Source: Eledone cirrhosa
Taxonomy: Eukaryota
DNA: 64,000 nt
Assembly: GCA_964016885.1 (NCBI GenBank)
Contig: OZ024742.1
Span: 256,618,001 to 256,682,000 of the forward strand
Direction: 5' to 3'
In this document: positions 1 to 12,184 of the stretch, piece after piece
How positions within the stretch are numbered: the first letter of the stretch is position 1
How the letters are laid out: every line of letters starts with the position of its first letter
Notes under the pieces: model-generated
Database searches by the model: none
Told to the model about the DNA's origin: nothing
Seen by the model: the letters and a program-made list of their open reading frames with translations, nothing else
Position numbers and translations under genes: made by a program

Positions 1-135
1 CATCGTCTCCTCTAACAACAAAAAACTCAACCCTATGGAAGAAATAAGCTAAATAGCAGTGGAGAGCCGTCCAGGAGGTGCAACTGTCCTGATGGATCCA
101 TTTTCCCCCTCGACAACAGATGCAGAGATCGTAAT

Positions 136-531
136 GTGATCTACCAGTGCAACGTGAGGACGGACACCTCCAACAAAACTTATATAGGATTAACAGCATG
201 TGACTTCAAGACCCGGCTATACCAACACAGGCATATCTTCCGAAACCCGGCCCGGCGTCATGCCACTACACTTTCGGGCCACATATGGGACCTCAAGGAT
301 AACAACATTACCTATGATCTCACTTGGAGCTTACTGCCCAGAGCCAACTCTTACACGGGAGGACGCTGTCCGTGCAATTTATGCTCGGAGGAAACTTTAC
401 AAATGCTGATTTCGACGGACCAACTCCTAAATAAGAAAGATGAACTGGTTACTGCATGTAAACACAGATTGCGTAGGACCTACCTCGCCCTCAAACCCCA
501 TAATGACCCGGGGGGTAGACTAGGGCTATAA
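136..531 (+). CDS. PLE GIY-YIG endonuclease domain (frame open upstream, partial)
   Basis: IY..YIG motif, catalytic R and E, LN motif, CxxC and terminal CxH. Confidence 0.8.
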   Translation: MIYQCNVRTDTSNKTYIGLTACDFKTRLYQHRHIFRNPARRHATTLSGHIWDLKDNNITYDLTWSLLPRANSYTGGRCPCNLCSEETLQMLISTDQLLNKKDELVTACKHRLRRTYLALKPHNDPGGRLGL

Positions 532-1652
532 CACCCCACTTGCCGATTTTGTAATGGGTAACCCCTGCTTGCAAAGGTCGACGTAAGATCTTTTTTTCTA
601 TCTTTTTATCGCTTCTTCTATATTTCCTTCTTCCCCCCATCCCTTCCTAGTCCTTCCACCCCAGTCCTCTTTTTTTGTCGTCGTCCTTTTCATTTTCTCG
701 CCCACCCGAGGCAGCCCCTCGGTCCTTTGTATCCTCAGTACTTCCACGCCCTTCCCCTATTCTATGATAGATTTGGCCGACTACGCTTTTTATAGCAGAT
801 GTGTTAGACCCCGGATACTTGCCTTCTTATCCGATCGCTGCCCCTTTTCCGTGCTTTCTATATTTCTTTAGTGGTATCTTTGCTTTAATTTCTCGTATTT
901 CAGTATATATATATTTTTTTTTTTTGGGGGGGGGGGATTCTGAATTAATGTTCCGTATCAAATTTTACATATACTTCGTACGAGCATTTATGTAGTTTGC
1001 ACTAGAATTTTTGTTTCGTGGCGGCACTCTTAGAGATGGTATTAGTATTCTTTTTTAGGATACTGAATTATTATTTCGTGTTAGTTTATTTTTTTGCACT
1101 GGGTGGTTGCTGGCCTTGTGCCTGGGGTAGAAACCTTTATTTATTATTTCGTGGTAGTTTCTTTAGTATTTTGGCCCCTCACTTGTTGACCCATCACCGT
1201 AAGATAAACTCTGTTTATTACTTATACCGCTTAAAAGGGTCTCTTTATAATTCCGCCCCACCAAGTAAACCTTTCTTTAGCCTAGCAGGACCAGTGAGAG
1301 ACTTGATAGCTGTCCTTAAGTCGTAGTAATCCGAAATTGTTTTTGTTTTTTTTTACATTTATTTGCTTTTTAACACTCTCGGTATTTTTCTATATATTTA
1401 ACCCATATTGTTTTACATATTGTTTCGACTTCCTCCCCCTTCCTCTCCCTAGTATCTTCCTTGACCCCATGCCCAGCTGTAGTCGGCACTATCGACGCAT
1501 GACTGGGTCTCCTCCACACACTCTCCCTCTTTCTCCTACTGGCAGGTTCAGATACCCCTTCCCTCCACTAATTGCCATGATAGAACTATTATGTCTCAAC
1601 AACAAACTTTTGACCAATCCTTGTGACAATCACATTTACCATATATGGAATT

Positions 1653-1748
1653 ACCCCTTGAGAAGCTCGGCTATTCATATACCAGGATAAACATTTTCAT
1701 TTAGTCCAGAATTAGGCGTCGAAACGGCTTGAGCTCAGCCGTCGGGGT
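1653..1748 (+). ncRNA. Type I hammerhead ribozyme candidate with U3-A8 core
   Basis: Stem I ACCCC/GGGGT, core TTGAGAA, GAAA at 1721, stem III CGGCT/AGCCG, GUC triplet. Stem II CGGCTA pairs with TAGCCG as seen in the 44.2 kb paralogue. Confidence 0.55.
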
Positions 1749-1839
1749 CCTACTCGTTCCTATTACCCACTCTACTACCCTAAGTATTGAGTACTTTGGT
1801 GCGTTATGGTCCACCTGGTTCTTTACCACATTTGCTCCG

Positions 1840-1929
<90 letters not shown>

Positions 1930-1932
<3 letters not shown>

Positions 1933-2100
1933 AATTCAAATATTAACAAATTAACAAAATAGATATTCTTGTGATCAATTTAATTTTATTATACATATTT
2001 CAGAGGTAATGAATCAAGTCCAACAGTACGTCCACATCAGATAAAATAAATTGATATAAGACATACCCTGACATGTTAGATGGTTAAGTTTTAATCAAGG
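1930..2100 (-). mobile_element. Diverged solo pseudo-LTR of the 54.75-55.17 kb family, with a mutated HHR at 1984-2046 (CTGATGT)
   Basis: Aligns by eye with 54847-54998 and abuts (TA)n. Confidence 0.7.
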
Positions 2101-2519
2101 TAGTGATTAACTTATGAGAACACTCAATATTTATACCTTAATATTGAGAGGATGCGAAAACGTAATAGAATCAATAGAGAGATGGTGAGTAAGAAAAACA
2201 TTGCCTTAATGCAACAGTTATAGAGTTTTTAAAATTTGAAATACTACTATAGAACTATAGAGAAAGACGTATCTGGAGTTATAATTTATTTAGTATTTAG
2301 CTTAAGACAACTGACAGATAATTAAAGAGAGGGAGAGAAAAAGGGGCGTAATTTATGCTCAAATTTTCTCTAGACACACATAAAAACATATATAGCTTTG
2401 TCGGTTAAATTTCAAAATATTTAATTTATGTTATTTTAGGGTAAAGAATCAAAATTTTAGGTTTTAAAAGTTGGTGGTTATTTTTATTAATTTTATAATA
2501 TAATTGTGTTAAATTTCTA

Positions 2520-3176
2520 AAATTCAAAGTTGATCGTCTTTCGTATTGCAACTAGATCTGTTGGTGTCTCGTTCCACTGCGCCCCACACAAAGGAGTCGA
2601 GGGGTTTGCAGTCAGGCGAGCTGGGAGGCCAGATGTCAAGTGAAGTGTGGTCGACGAAGTTCTCTGACACCCAGGCTTGGGTCTTTCGGCTGGTATGGCA
2701 GGGTGCTGAGTCTTGCTGTCACAGGTACGGCCTACCTGCAGCTACCTGGTCGATCCAAGGTTTTACTACCTCGCCCATGACGCGGATGTAGCCATCGGTG
2801 TACAGCTTGAGGCCCTCAGGGAAGAAGTGAGGTGGCACGACTTCACCTTGACTGCTGGCGACACCTCAGACCAATGTTGTCGCTGGAAACTTTGTCTGCA
2901 TGACTCTGGGCACGTCTTTGGATGAGACAGCGAGCCACCTGTTTTTCTGGGAGTTGATCTTCTGGTCTTATTTGTCCTCCTGGCGCGGATTCCAAGAAGA
3001 ACTACGTGTCTCTTCCACAAATTTGGAGGTTCAAAATTATTCATAATCAACTATTCTGAAAATAAATAATGGAAATATAGTCACTGTTTTTATGAACACA
3101 AGAGTGACAACGGAAGTAAAAAAAATGTGCACAACATTAGCAGTTGAAAATAGCGAATAAATATCGTCGCACCCTG
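2520..3176 (-). mobile_element. Tc1/mariner superfamily (maT/DD37D-like) transposase remnant
   Basis: Minus strand reads ..PPHFFPEGLK..VKPWID..QQDSAPCHTSRKTQAWVSEN..WPPSSPDCKPLDSFVWG, with stops and frameshifts. TIR-like TACAGGGTG end at 3170-3178. Confidence 0.8.
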
Positions 3177-3181
3177 TATGT

Positions 3182-3462
3182 GGAGGCACGTGGCCTAGTG
3201 GTAAGAGTGTTGGACGTACGATCATAATGTCATGGGCTCGATTCCTGGGTTGCATGTTGTGTTCTTGAGCAAAACACTTCATTTCTCGTTGCTCCAGTAT
3301 ACTCAGCTGAAAATGAGTACCAGCAATAGCTGCAGGTTTAACCCTGCGATGGACTGGCGTGCTGTCCAGGGGGAGTTTTGTACTCTCAGTCGCTTCACGC
3401 CATGAAACCGGGAGAATCACCGGCCAAATGAGCCTTCTGGCTTAAGACAGACTTTAGACTTT
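3182..3462 (+). mobile_element. tRNA-derived SINE with V-SINE-like core
   Basis: A box TGGCCTAGTGG, B box GGCTCGATTCC, core AACCCTGCGATGGACTGGCGT..TCCAGGGG, ACTTT repeat tail. Confidence 0.7.
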
Positions 3463-3465
3463 TAT

Positions 3466-3658
3466 ATTAATATAGAAAAGCTTCTACAGTGCTAGAACTA
3501 TTTCATTCGTGAGAAATCATCAGGAAGTGCATTTCTCGCGAATTAAACAGTTCTCGTCTAGTCCTGTAGAAGCTTTTCTATATTAAAACTTTTATACTCT
3601 GCTATGTATTGAGTACCTTACTTACTGTGGTTACCCCCGATTGAACCCGGAATAACTT
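3466..3658. mobile_element. Miniature fold-back PLE-type insertion (inverted arm, direct arm, tail)
   Basis: TAATATAGAAAAGCTTCTACAG is the reverse complement of CTGTAGAAGCTTTTCTATATTA. Tail carries ACTC..GAGTAC and ends at (TA)n. Confidence 0.7.
3481..3527 (-). ncRNA. Compact type I hammerhead ribozyme
   Basis: Minus strand: CTTC-CTGATGA-TTTCTCACGAAT-GAAA-TAGT.tctagc.ACTG-TA-GAAG. Confidence 0.7.
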
Positions 3659-3669
3659 ATATATATATA

Positions 3670-3987
3670 CAAAGTTTAGTACAGCATTAACGAAGCTTTT
3701 GGCTGCGGCCAAGCTAACGAATGCAGATTCGGAATGTAGTTTAGCACTCGATGGAGAATAATGCCCCCAGAGTTATAACAATACGTTTAGACAGCTTTGC
3801 AAATCAAATATCGCGACCGACAGGCTAGCCGCATTGCCTTAGCAACTAAACAAACTGAACTCAGGAAAAGATTTTGACTGACCTGGACCATCACGTGGAC
3901 ATCGAATGCAACACATAATGTATAGCATACAATATACAGCACATATAACATACAACATCCACGCTAGGTTTCTGTAAATCCGTTGAA
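3670..3987 (-). repeat. Partial copy of the 12185-12772 non-coding element
   Basis: Reverse complement aligns with 12459-12772 (e.g. GCATTCGTTAGCTTGGCCGCA, AGCTGTCTAAACGTATTGTT). Confidence 0.8.
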
Positions 3988-4104
3988 AATGCTTTTCAAA
4001 AATAATTTTGTGATAGAGCGCCCGTGATGTTTGCTCTAATGATGTTTGCGGATTAGAGCAAACATCACGAGCGCTCTATCTCAAAATTATTTTTGAAAAG
4101 CATT
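3988..4104. repeat. Near-perfect inverted repeat, arms about 53 bp
   Basis: AATGCTTTTCAAAAATAATTTTG..GCTCTAAT / ATTAGAGC..CAAAATTATTTTTGAAAAGCATT. Confidence 0.9.
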
Positions 4105-5289
4105 AGAAATGCGCAACCGGTAAAACTTAAAACCAAAACTGAATACTAACCAATACTATTACTAATTGTTACTTATTCCTAATTAAACTATTTTTCACTG
4201 GGAACAATTTGTCAGAATTTTCTTTTCCTTTTATTAATATATCATAACTCGTGTGTTACACCTCTATTCTTTTAAATATATATATATATATATATACACA
4301 TCGTAGTCTAGCGGTATTGACGTTTCCGATTACTTGCTACAAAGTGATCAAATCTCACGGTTCCATAGTAAGATGTCTATAGGAGATGCCTGACAGTTAG
4401 TAACCGGGGGTGAAGTCGAGTATGACGAGGAGAGTTGTGTCATGTCGGTAAGGCACTTTATCAAAAATGTTTCCACTACATGAACTTTGAACAAATGAAA
4501 TTTACCTGTGATTGAATGAGCCTGATTTCTCACTTATTTTACCTGAAGAATACGTTAACTGTGCAATTTTGAGTGGAATGCTCTGCTGTTTTTACTTTAC
4601 TTTAACGAGCAGTTTCTGCCACTTATAACACAACTGTAACACTCATCGAACATTCACTAATATACTAGATAGCTAATATATTTTCAGATGTCGAAAACTT
4701 AACAAGCAAAGTTGGCATCTTCAGAATTTTAACTCAGACTGTCGAGAAGTCTATCGACTAATGCGAGGCATCATATTCATACGTCCACCGACTATATAAC
4801 CTTAATTTTCTTATATAGATTTACTTATAAGCTGTTTTTACCATTGTAAAATGAGTAAAGATATCTTTAAATAAGTTTCTAAAAGTCACATCATGTGCTA
4901 CATTTAATACAATACAGAAGAATAATCTTTTTTCGTCTTTCCAAGCTGGTTGTGTGACATGAAAGCTATAGGGAGAGACACGAAGAAATGTTCTAGTATA
5001 ATAGAAATATATTTCGATACTTCCTTTTTATACAAGATGCAATATAATGAATTTCTTGACACGAAATTGAAGTATTGGAAAGGGGAAATATGAATAACAG
5101 GATACCGTTTGGATTTGACACGAATAAACAAACTGTTTGATAACATCTACATCATGTTCTCGGAGAACAACTAGGAAGCGAATGTCAAAGGAAGGTAGTT
5201 GCAGGACAAACTTTTAGAATTTCTGTATGAAGAAAGAAAATATAATTTGTCATAGATCACCCCCCCCACACACACTCACAATCTCACAG

Positions 5290-5331
<42 letters not shown>

Positions 5332-5337
<6 letters not shown>

Positions 5338-5716
5338 AAATTAAAAGATGGTTAAAAGAGTTCCATGTATTTTATTATGCGCATTTCAAAAACAAATATC
5401 ATCATGGGATGATATTTGCGTTCTCATCAGATAAAATAGAGAGACAAGATATGAAGCTTAAAAAACACTTGCGAGCAGTGAAATGTTAAATCAACATAAA
5501 CACTTCACTGCTCGCAAGTGTTTTTTAAGCTTCATATCATGTCTCCCTATTTTATCTGATGATATTTGTTTTTGAGATGCGCATAATACAATACATGGAA
5601 CTCTTTTAACCATCTTTTGATTTTATATTATTTATACTCCAGTCCTATAAACTGTTGAGTGCTACTTATCCTATTTTTGCATTGCTTTATTGTGCTACAA
5701 TAACACTCAACTCCTA

Positions 5717-5719
<3 letters not shown>
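5332..5719. mobile_element. Fold-back non-autonomous PLE-type element between (TA)n tracts
   Basis: Arms about 5332-5487 and 5499-5630 are inverted. HHR in the arms, and a tail with ACTC..GAGTGCT. Confidence 0.8.
5370..5436 (-). ncRNA. Minimal type I HHR with palindromic stem III
   Basis: Minus strand: TTTTAT-CTGATGA-stem II (GCAAATATCATC/GATGATATTTGT)-GAAA-TGCGCA-TA-ATAAAA. Confidence 0.8.
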
Positions 5720-5755
<36 letters not shown>

Positions 5756-5756
<1 letters not shown>

Positions 5757-6148
5757 GAGGGCAATCCAAAACGTAAGGTCTCCTTCCGATATTGCAACTT
5801 TTCCGTTAAAATCCTGTGGTTGGTGCTTCGGGAAACCTCAGGAACCAAAATGCAGAGAGCATCCAGAGTGATCCGCCGATCTTTACGCATGTTATCCTCA
5901 GAAGGAGACCTTACTTTTGGGATTGCCCTCGTATATAATATCTGCGCGAAATTCGCACTTGGCGGTAGCGTTCAACGGGAGCTCCATTCTCAACGGCTGC
6001 CAGTCAAGATTGAGCATCCCAGCGAAGCGCGCGCATGCTTGTTTGGAATTGAAGGAAGCACAAATCACAACAGTGTTGCCAACAGCCGTACGAACAGTTT
6101 CTCTGCGCTCCTCTCGCTTTGGAGACCTTACTTCTGGGATTAGCCTCG
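5756..6148. mobile_element. Mariner-type MITE: one left TIR and two right TIRs (ending 5931 and 6148)
   Basis: TA-CGAGGGCAATCCAAAACGTAAGGTCTCC and two copies of GGAGACCTTACTT.TGGGATT..CCTCG-TA. Confidence 0.75.
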
Positions 6149-6215
6149 TATATACATATATGTGTGAGTGTGTGAATAGAAAACATTAGTTGAAAATGTA
6201 TGGAATTATTTGAAA

Positions 6216-6407
6216 AGGGCGGTGGATTGGCAGTATCGTTAGAGGGTCGGACGCCATGCTTTCAAGCATAGTTACGTGCCTTTACGATCTGAGCTCAAAT
6301 CCCGCCGAGTCTGATTTTGCCTTTCATCTTTACAGGGTCGATAAAATAAAGTATTAGTAATGCACTGGGTAATTGCTGGCCTTCTGCCTAAATAAGAAAC
6401 AATTATT
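6216..6407 (+). mobile_element. tRNA-derived SINE, family A (full length)
   Basis: A/B-box-like head, core TTTGCCTTTCATC..GGGTCGATAAAATAAAGTA, ATT tail. At least 7 copies in the window. Confidence 0.85.
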
Positions 6408-7507
6408 TGAAAATGTAATTTTACTCTAAGAAAGGTTTATTTACCATGACAATATTGACTGTTTCACAAGTTTCATGATTTTCAAAAGTTGAGATAGGAA
6501 GAGAGAGAGGGAGGGAGAGAGAGAGAGAGAGAGAGAGGGGGTGGGTGGGGGAGGGGAGTAGCTATGCCGATTTGTGACTCGCATCTTACTGATATTGGGA
6601 ATTTATTTCAGTTTTATGCAATAACGTGGCTTGGTTTGCTATGTGTGAAGTACAATCTGATAGGTTAAGAAAATACATCTGATTAGGCATTGCATCTTGT
6701 CTAATTTTACGCAAAAAAGGAATTTCTTTCAGTTTTATGTAAATGAATGATTGAAGTTGCTATCTGTTTATAGCATAATTCGATGGGCTGAGGATAATCA
6801 AATGATTAGGCTACGAAATTGGTGGTACTTTCGCGCAGTTATATATGGTATTTGCAAACACGTACAGGGAAACATAGGGCGAAGAGACAGTTGTTTTTAC
6901 CGCTCGTCAGCCACATTGCTACGTGCAATTTCGTGCTTTCAAGTAGTGTTTAACCTGATAGCTAGTTTGAATAACAGTTTGCAATACACACTCATGGTAA
7001 GATGCATGTGAGAGGAAAATAAATGTAAAATAAATAGGAAAAATTACGGATGTCTTTCGAACAAAAAATGAAAGTACATTAAAAAGATACGACGAGAAAT
7101 AAATAAACAACAGACTACGCATCTGAAATATGACAAAAACCAATGCTGCAATAAAAAGAAAATGGAAAATTTAGACATTAGTCAAAAGTATGTGGTTTCC
7201 TCATGGAGTTTATGAAACGTGGTTCTGCTATATAGCAAATGTGTCATATAATAGACTGCAGAATGAAGTACAACATAAAGGAAGTTAGAAGATCAAAGAA
7301 AGCGAGAGACAGAGAGACCAACTGAGTAAGATGAAAATTCAGAGACCAAAGAATAAATAGAAAATAGATGGAGGATATGCGATGAAAAGCGGCAATATAT
7401 CGAGAAATAGTGCAGATTAATTAGACCAATTTTGCTTAAAACGAACAAACAGCTTCATCTGCACGTCGTCAATTTCACACATTAAGTTTATCTGTATATA
7501 TATATCA

Positions 7508-8133
7508 CAATATAAAAGAGAGATAAACACAGACATATACATATAGACAGTATTTGTTTCACTACGTATATGTCTGTGTTTATCTCTCTTTTATAGTCAA
7601 TTATGATATACGGCTCGGAAAAAAATCTCTTTCCTAGAGCTATCTTATTGTGAGAGACTATTTCGAGTTTCTAACACAAATTATACCTTTGATATATTCG
7701 GCTCCGTTAATTTGTCGAGCTGATTTAAATGTCGAGTAAACGTGGCTGTTATTTTTAGTGGTGTAAGTTTGTGAGACACGCATGTGCGTTATTAGATTTA
7801 CGCACACTATTCAGTTGTCTGATATTATTAGAAGTGATGGGGTTTACTAATTTTCACCCACTGACAAGCAAGAATTGGTAAAACTCTTCACAACAAATTT
7901 GCGAAACAGCATAGCCAAACGCTGTATGGGTGATCGGTAGTTACCACAATACCCGTTTGTATTTATTTTCTTGATTTATTCTTAAATTGAGTCTGGCAAA
8001 CCCTATTGTCCATAGTTAGTATTTTTTTCACTTTAGCGAACCTGGTCCCTTACGATTTGAACACATATATGTATAAGTCTGTGATTATCTCTCTTTTATA
8101 TTCAATTAAGGCTCGGAAAATCTCTTTCCTAGA
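7508..8133 (+). mobile_element. Retrozyme-like non-coding element: about 505-bp unit, partial tandem repeat and short 5' inversion
   Basis: 7566-7638 repeated at 8071-8133. 7512-7541 is the reverse complement of 7566-7595. Internal HHR, TA-rich junctions. Confidence 0.7.
7854..7933 (+). ncRNA. Full type I HHR with a G8>A change
   Basis: TCACCCA-CTGACAA-GCAAG..TTTGC-GAAA-CAGC..GCTG-TA-TGGGTGA. Confidence 0.8.
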
Positions 8134-8199
8134 TAAATTAAAATCCAGGAATTATTAACTGCGCGTCACAGCAAACTCAGGAACCCACATATATGTGGC

Positions 8200-11100
8200 T
8201 ATTCCTTACGCAATAAGCACATTCATCCTTCTACCTGGGACAAGATACTCAGTTTGTACAAACATACACGCGCCAAAAGGAAAGAAACTATTCTGCAACA
8301 CCTTTAACGAACATCATAACTTCAACCACCAACAGCATCAGCACTCCCACCACCACCACCAACATCAACAACAACAACACCATCAATAGCACCATCGCCA
8401 TGAATTACAAAATCAATCTTAAATCACCTACATACGTAAAACACATTCCTGAATTCTGCCAGTATTCACAACACGAAAAAAGCCTAGAGCGTTGTTGTCC
8501 GTTCACCCATATTACAGAGACTCGGCGTACTATTTTAAAAAATGGCTCCAAGCTAAAATCTTCACCGCAGTAAAAACATCGCATGCAGTAGCACTGTTGC
8601 TCCATACTCAGGAATTTCACAGGCATCCAGCGGGTACAAAACAAAATCAATAGCCGCAAACATGTCTGTAAACATAATCATATTCAACAGCCACAAAATC
8701 AGAAACCAATCACACACAAAACACGAAGACTCGTGGCTAAAGAAATCTCCCCAAAAATATCTAGCCCTCACACATCACCAGTCAGTTATTACCCGAGCGC
8801 TGCCCCTCCCTTTGCTGCAGTTGACCAAAAACATATATCTTGAGCTCATCAATTGCTGGGGTGGTTAGGGAGTCCTCAATACGCCTTACAACATGTCTTA
8901 TGAGAAACCACTCTCACCAGTTAATCTGGCTGGATGTCCACGCCAGACCATTGGTGTTCATGGTTGTTATCCAAGTATCTTGCTCGGGAACAAACTCTAG
9001 GGTTCCAACCGGTTGGTTTTGCTTATAAAAATCTATCCAGTGATTCTTTTCTTCATCATTCTGACAACATGTGCGTACTATCCTAGACGTGATTGTTCGA
9101 TTCGGAAAGGTACCGGAGTGGCGCTTTGAGATACGGGCTACGCTCTCTATCGAGTAAAGTTACTCCAAAAACCCTTCGGAGGAATCCCATTTCTGCTGAT
9201 TCTAATGACGATCGTATTCTTTCGGTCATTACATTGGATTCATGAAGATGGTACGAATACCGATTTGAAGGGAGGGAGTTTGGCTTTTACACCTACTTTG
9301 CGTCTGATGACCGCGTAATGTTGCTGATATATTACTACACCAGTTCCTACAACAAATCCAACTCGATAATAATGTATACACGGTCTCTTTCATATAAAAC
9401 TCTAAGAAAATAATCGAGCTAAAGGGGCTTACTGACTGACAAAGTTCAATATATGTGACAATAAGTGAAACTGAACTGACCCCATGAACACTGGATACGG
9501 AATTACATACGACTGGTTTTGTACTGCACAGAACTGACGGGAGAATACGGAAACAAAGAGTAGAGCTTTCCACCCTGAATATCTAACAACAAATATCCTC
9601 TTCTCCCACTTAGATACATTATATCATTCACTAATGATCCATGAGGTCATAGACGTTACTTTCCACCCTTCTGATGCGTTTAATGATACTGATCATTTTA
9701 GAGATGCATTGTCTTTCATAATTCAAATTCTAAATTTTGCTAACCTACAGGCCAATATACATTTAACGGGTGACATCAAGTTTCCTAATATAAACTGCCG
9801 TGAAGTTTATATGCAGCCTGGACTACACAAATGAACTAGAGAGTTATGGACGCTTTCGTTCATAACATTAAATGCCAGCTTATGCGAGAAATCTTTACCT
9901 ATGGAGCCAGGGTAAATGGTATACTTCTCCTAGATTTTATTATCAATATAGACATTTTTAACATTATTCGGACCATTCCGACATTTATGTCTGGCTCCAA
10001 GAAATATCTGTAAATGGTTCAATGTAGGCAACACACACGAATAACAGCATACATGCGTCACTCCTCATAAACACGTATTACAGGAATGTCGTCTAGAAAG
10101 AAATCGAAACGCAGATTTGCAAAGCAAATTGGTCTTAATGAATCTGCTACCTCAGTGTTACAGAGAAAATGAAGATTCCGCTCGCCGATAGAATGCAAAT
10201 CTGTCAAAAACATGCCCCATACAAACACGCACATATTCCAGCTTGTTAAGTAAAAATAATCTACTAATAATAAGATTGGCAATCTAATCGACCAGAACAA
10301 ATCATATTCTAGCAATCCTGCAAGAATATGCGAATTCTTCAGTTAAAATATAATAGAGCATTTTCCCAACCTATCATTAACAGAATAGTGGATAGTCCAA
10401 AAGAAGGATGATATACTGGCAGCTATTAATTATATAGATTAAAACTCAACATCAACAACCAATGATTCCCCAGCCATACATACAAAACTTGTTAAAGCAG
10501 CCTCACAAAAACATTAGAGATGTTATTCTAAAGTCGGTAGAAACGGCCATATTTCCTTAACTATTGAAAGTAAGCGCCTATACTTAAAAGCGATAGTAGG
10601 CCTGCAGAAATAAAAAAATAAGGACCTGTTTCTATCACATCTCACACATCCAAACTTGTATAACATATTTTCCGAAGAAGCATTAAATACCTCCTGCGTT
10701 AAGGAAAACAAACTCTTAAATGATACTCGGGATGGGGGGACAAGACAAGATTGTCTGACAGATCTATAACAACAACATATGAATAAGCACAATAATTTCC
10801 AGAATTTTGCAGAAGCGTTCAGTTTTGAAGAAGATTGATCATGTTAAGTCTATCTTTTATCACAGGAAATATTTGGAGCTCGGTTATTTGACTTGTTTAA
10901 GCGTAGGAATCTCTGTTATTTCAAATAATGTTCTTTCTCAAACGTTACCTGTAGTAGGTTGTGTACTTTGGGACAAGGCTATAGGGCCGTTATTATTTAT
11001 CATAACCCATCCAGGGATAATCTCACAGGTACTCCCAGATCAGCAATCAAGTTACGCTGATGTAACAAAAATATTTATGGCTATCACACTCCATGATTTA

Positions 11101-11800
11101 AAACTCATTTATCGATGGTGAGAAGAAAATAATATAAAATTCAACGCATAACAAATTTAATGTCTTTCATAACATACGCAACATATTATTAGAGACATAT
11201 ACTGAAATTATGCTGAGGCTATGGAACACCATAGTAGTGAGTAAATTGGATATCTATTGACAACTGTCTCCAAACACCCGGTTTTATACGTGAAATTAAT
11301 GTGTTACAGAAACATTCACTGACATAGCAACTTCGGTCAAATGCCTTAATTACTGGGAATTTCTGAAAGCTTTGCGTCTCTACTTCATTGAAACTTAAAG
11401 CGAGATAAATATTGTTACATATATATATGTGGAAGATCCTGGAGGATTATGTTTTCAACTTCCTCATTAAAATAAATATTAATGCAATGCCTGATAATTA
11501 ATGCCATTTTCCACATATAACACTATCGAAATCGAGAGGAAAAATACTAGATTGTAGCAGTCAGATACAGAGATAACATTAAATTTAACAAAGTGATCTC
11601 TGTTGAAATATTCGAAATAGCCATGTGTGAAATCATAAACATGTTAATGGATCAGCCAACAGTTCAAGTATATATTAAAGTAAGATCAGCTGCGACGAAC
11701 TGAATTATAGAGTAACTTGCAAGCACAAAACTACGACAAAACTGAGCGAAAATAAAGGTTGTGCTGTAGTATGGGCACAGCACGATAATTGAAACCTTCA
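8200..11800 (+). mobile_element. Highly decayed CR1/L2-type LINE
   Basis: APE-like LTGDIKFPNI, RT remnants RPVSITSH, DFAEAF..KIDH, IGPLLFII, SSYADVTKI. Many stops, boundaries approximate. Confidence 0.65.
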
Positions 11801-12083
11801 AACGAAGAAAACAAAAATATAAGCATACTCGATTACATAATTGAGGTTATAAGCATATTTAACTGTTCATATGTTAAATAATTTAAACATCTCTCAGCAT
11901 CACGGGTAATAGATATGCCACCATATTCCTTTATGCGGCTTCATTAACAGCAACACATAAAATACAGCAAATGTGTGTGTGCGAGTGAGTTTTTAAGTGT
12001 GTGTGAGAGTTTATATGTACGTATATATATCGGTATCTCCCTCTCTCTCTGTCCCTCCCTCTCTCTCTCATACTCTCTCTCTC

Positions 12084-12137
<54 letters not shown>

Positions 12138-12184
12138 TCCTCTGTATATATATATATGTATATTTGTATACATACACACACATA

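Larger units (their letters stand above)
1..1841 (+). mobile_element. 3' part of a Penelope-like retroelement (GIY-YIG endonuclease, long 3' UTR, HHR, tail), ending at (TA)n
   Basis: Reading frame to 531 contains CNC, VIYQC..YIGLT..FKTRLYQH..CNLC.EE..LLNKKDE..CKH, matching the C-terminus of ORF 13734-15713. Its 3' terminus is homologous to 44191-44318. Confidence 0.85.

Noticed and set aside
3182-3250. tRNA gene
   Set aside because: A/B boxes are present but there is no cloverleaf, and the sequence continues into a SINE body.
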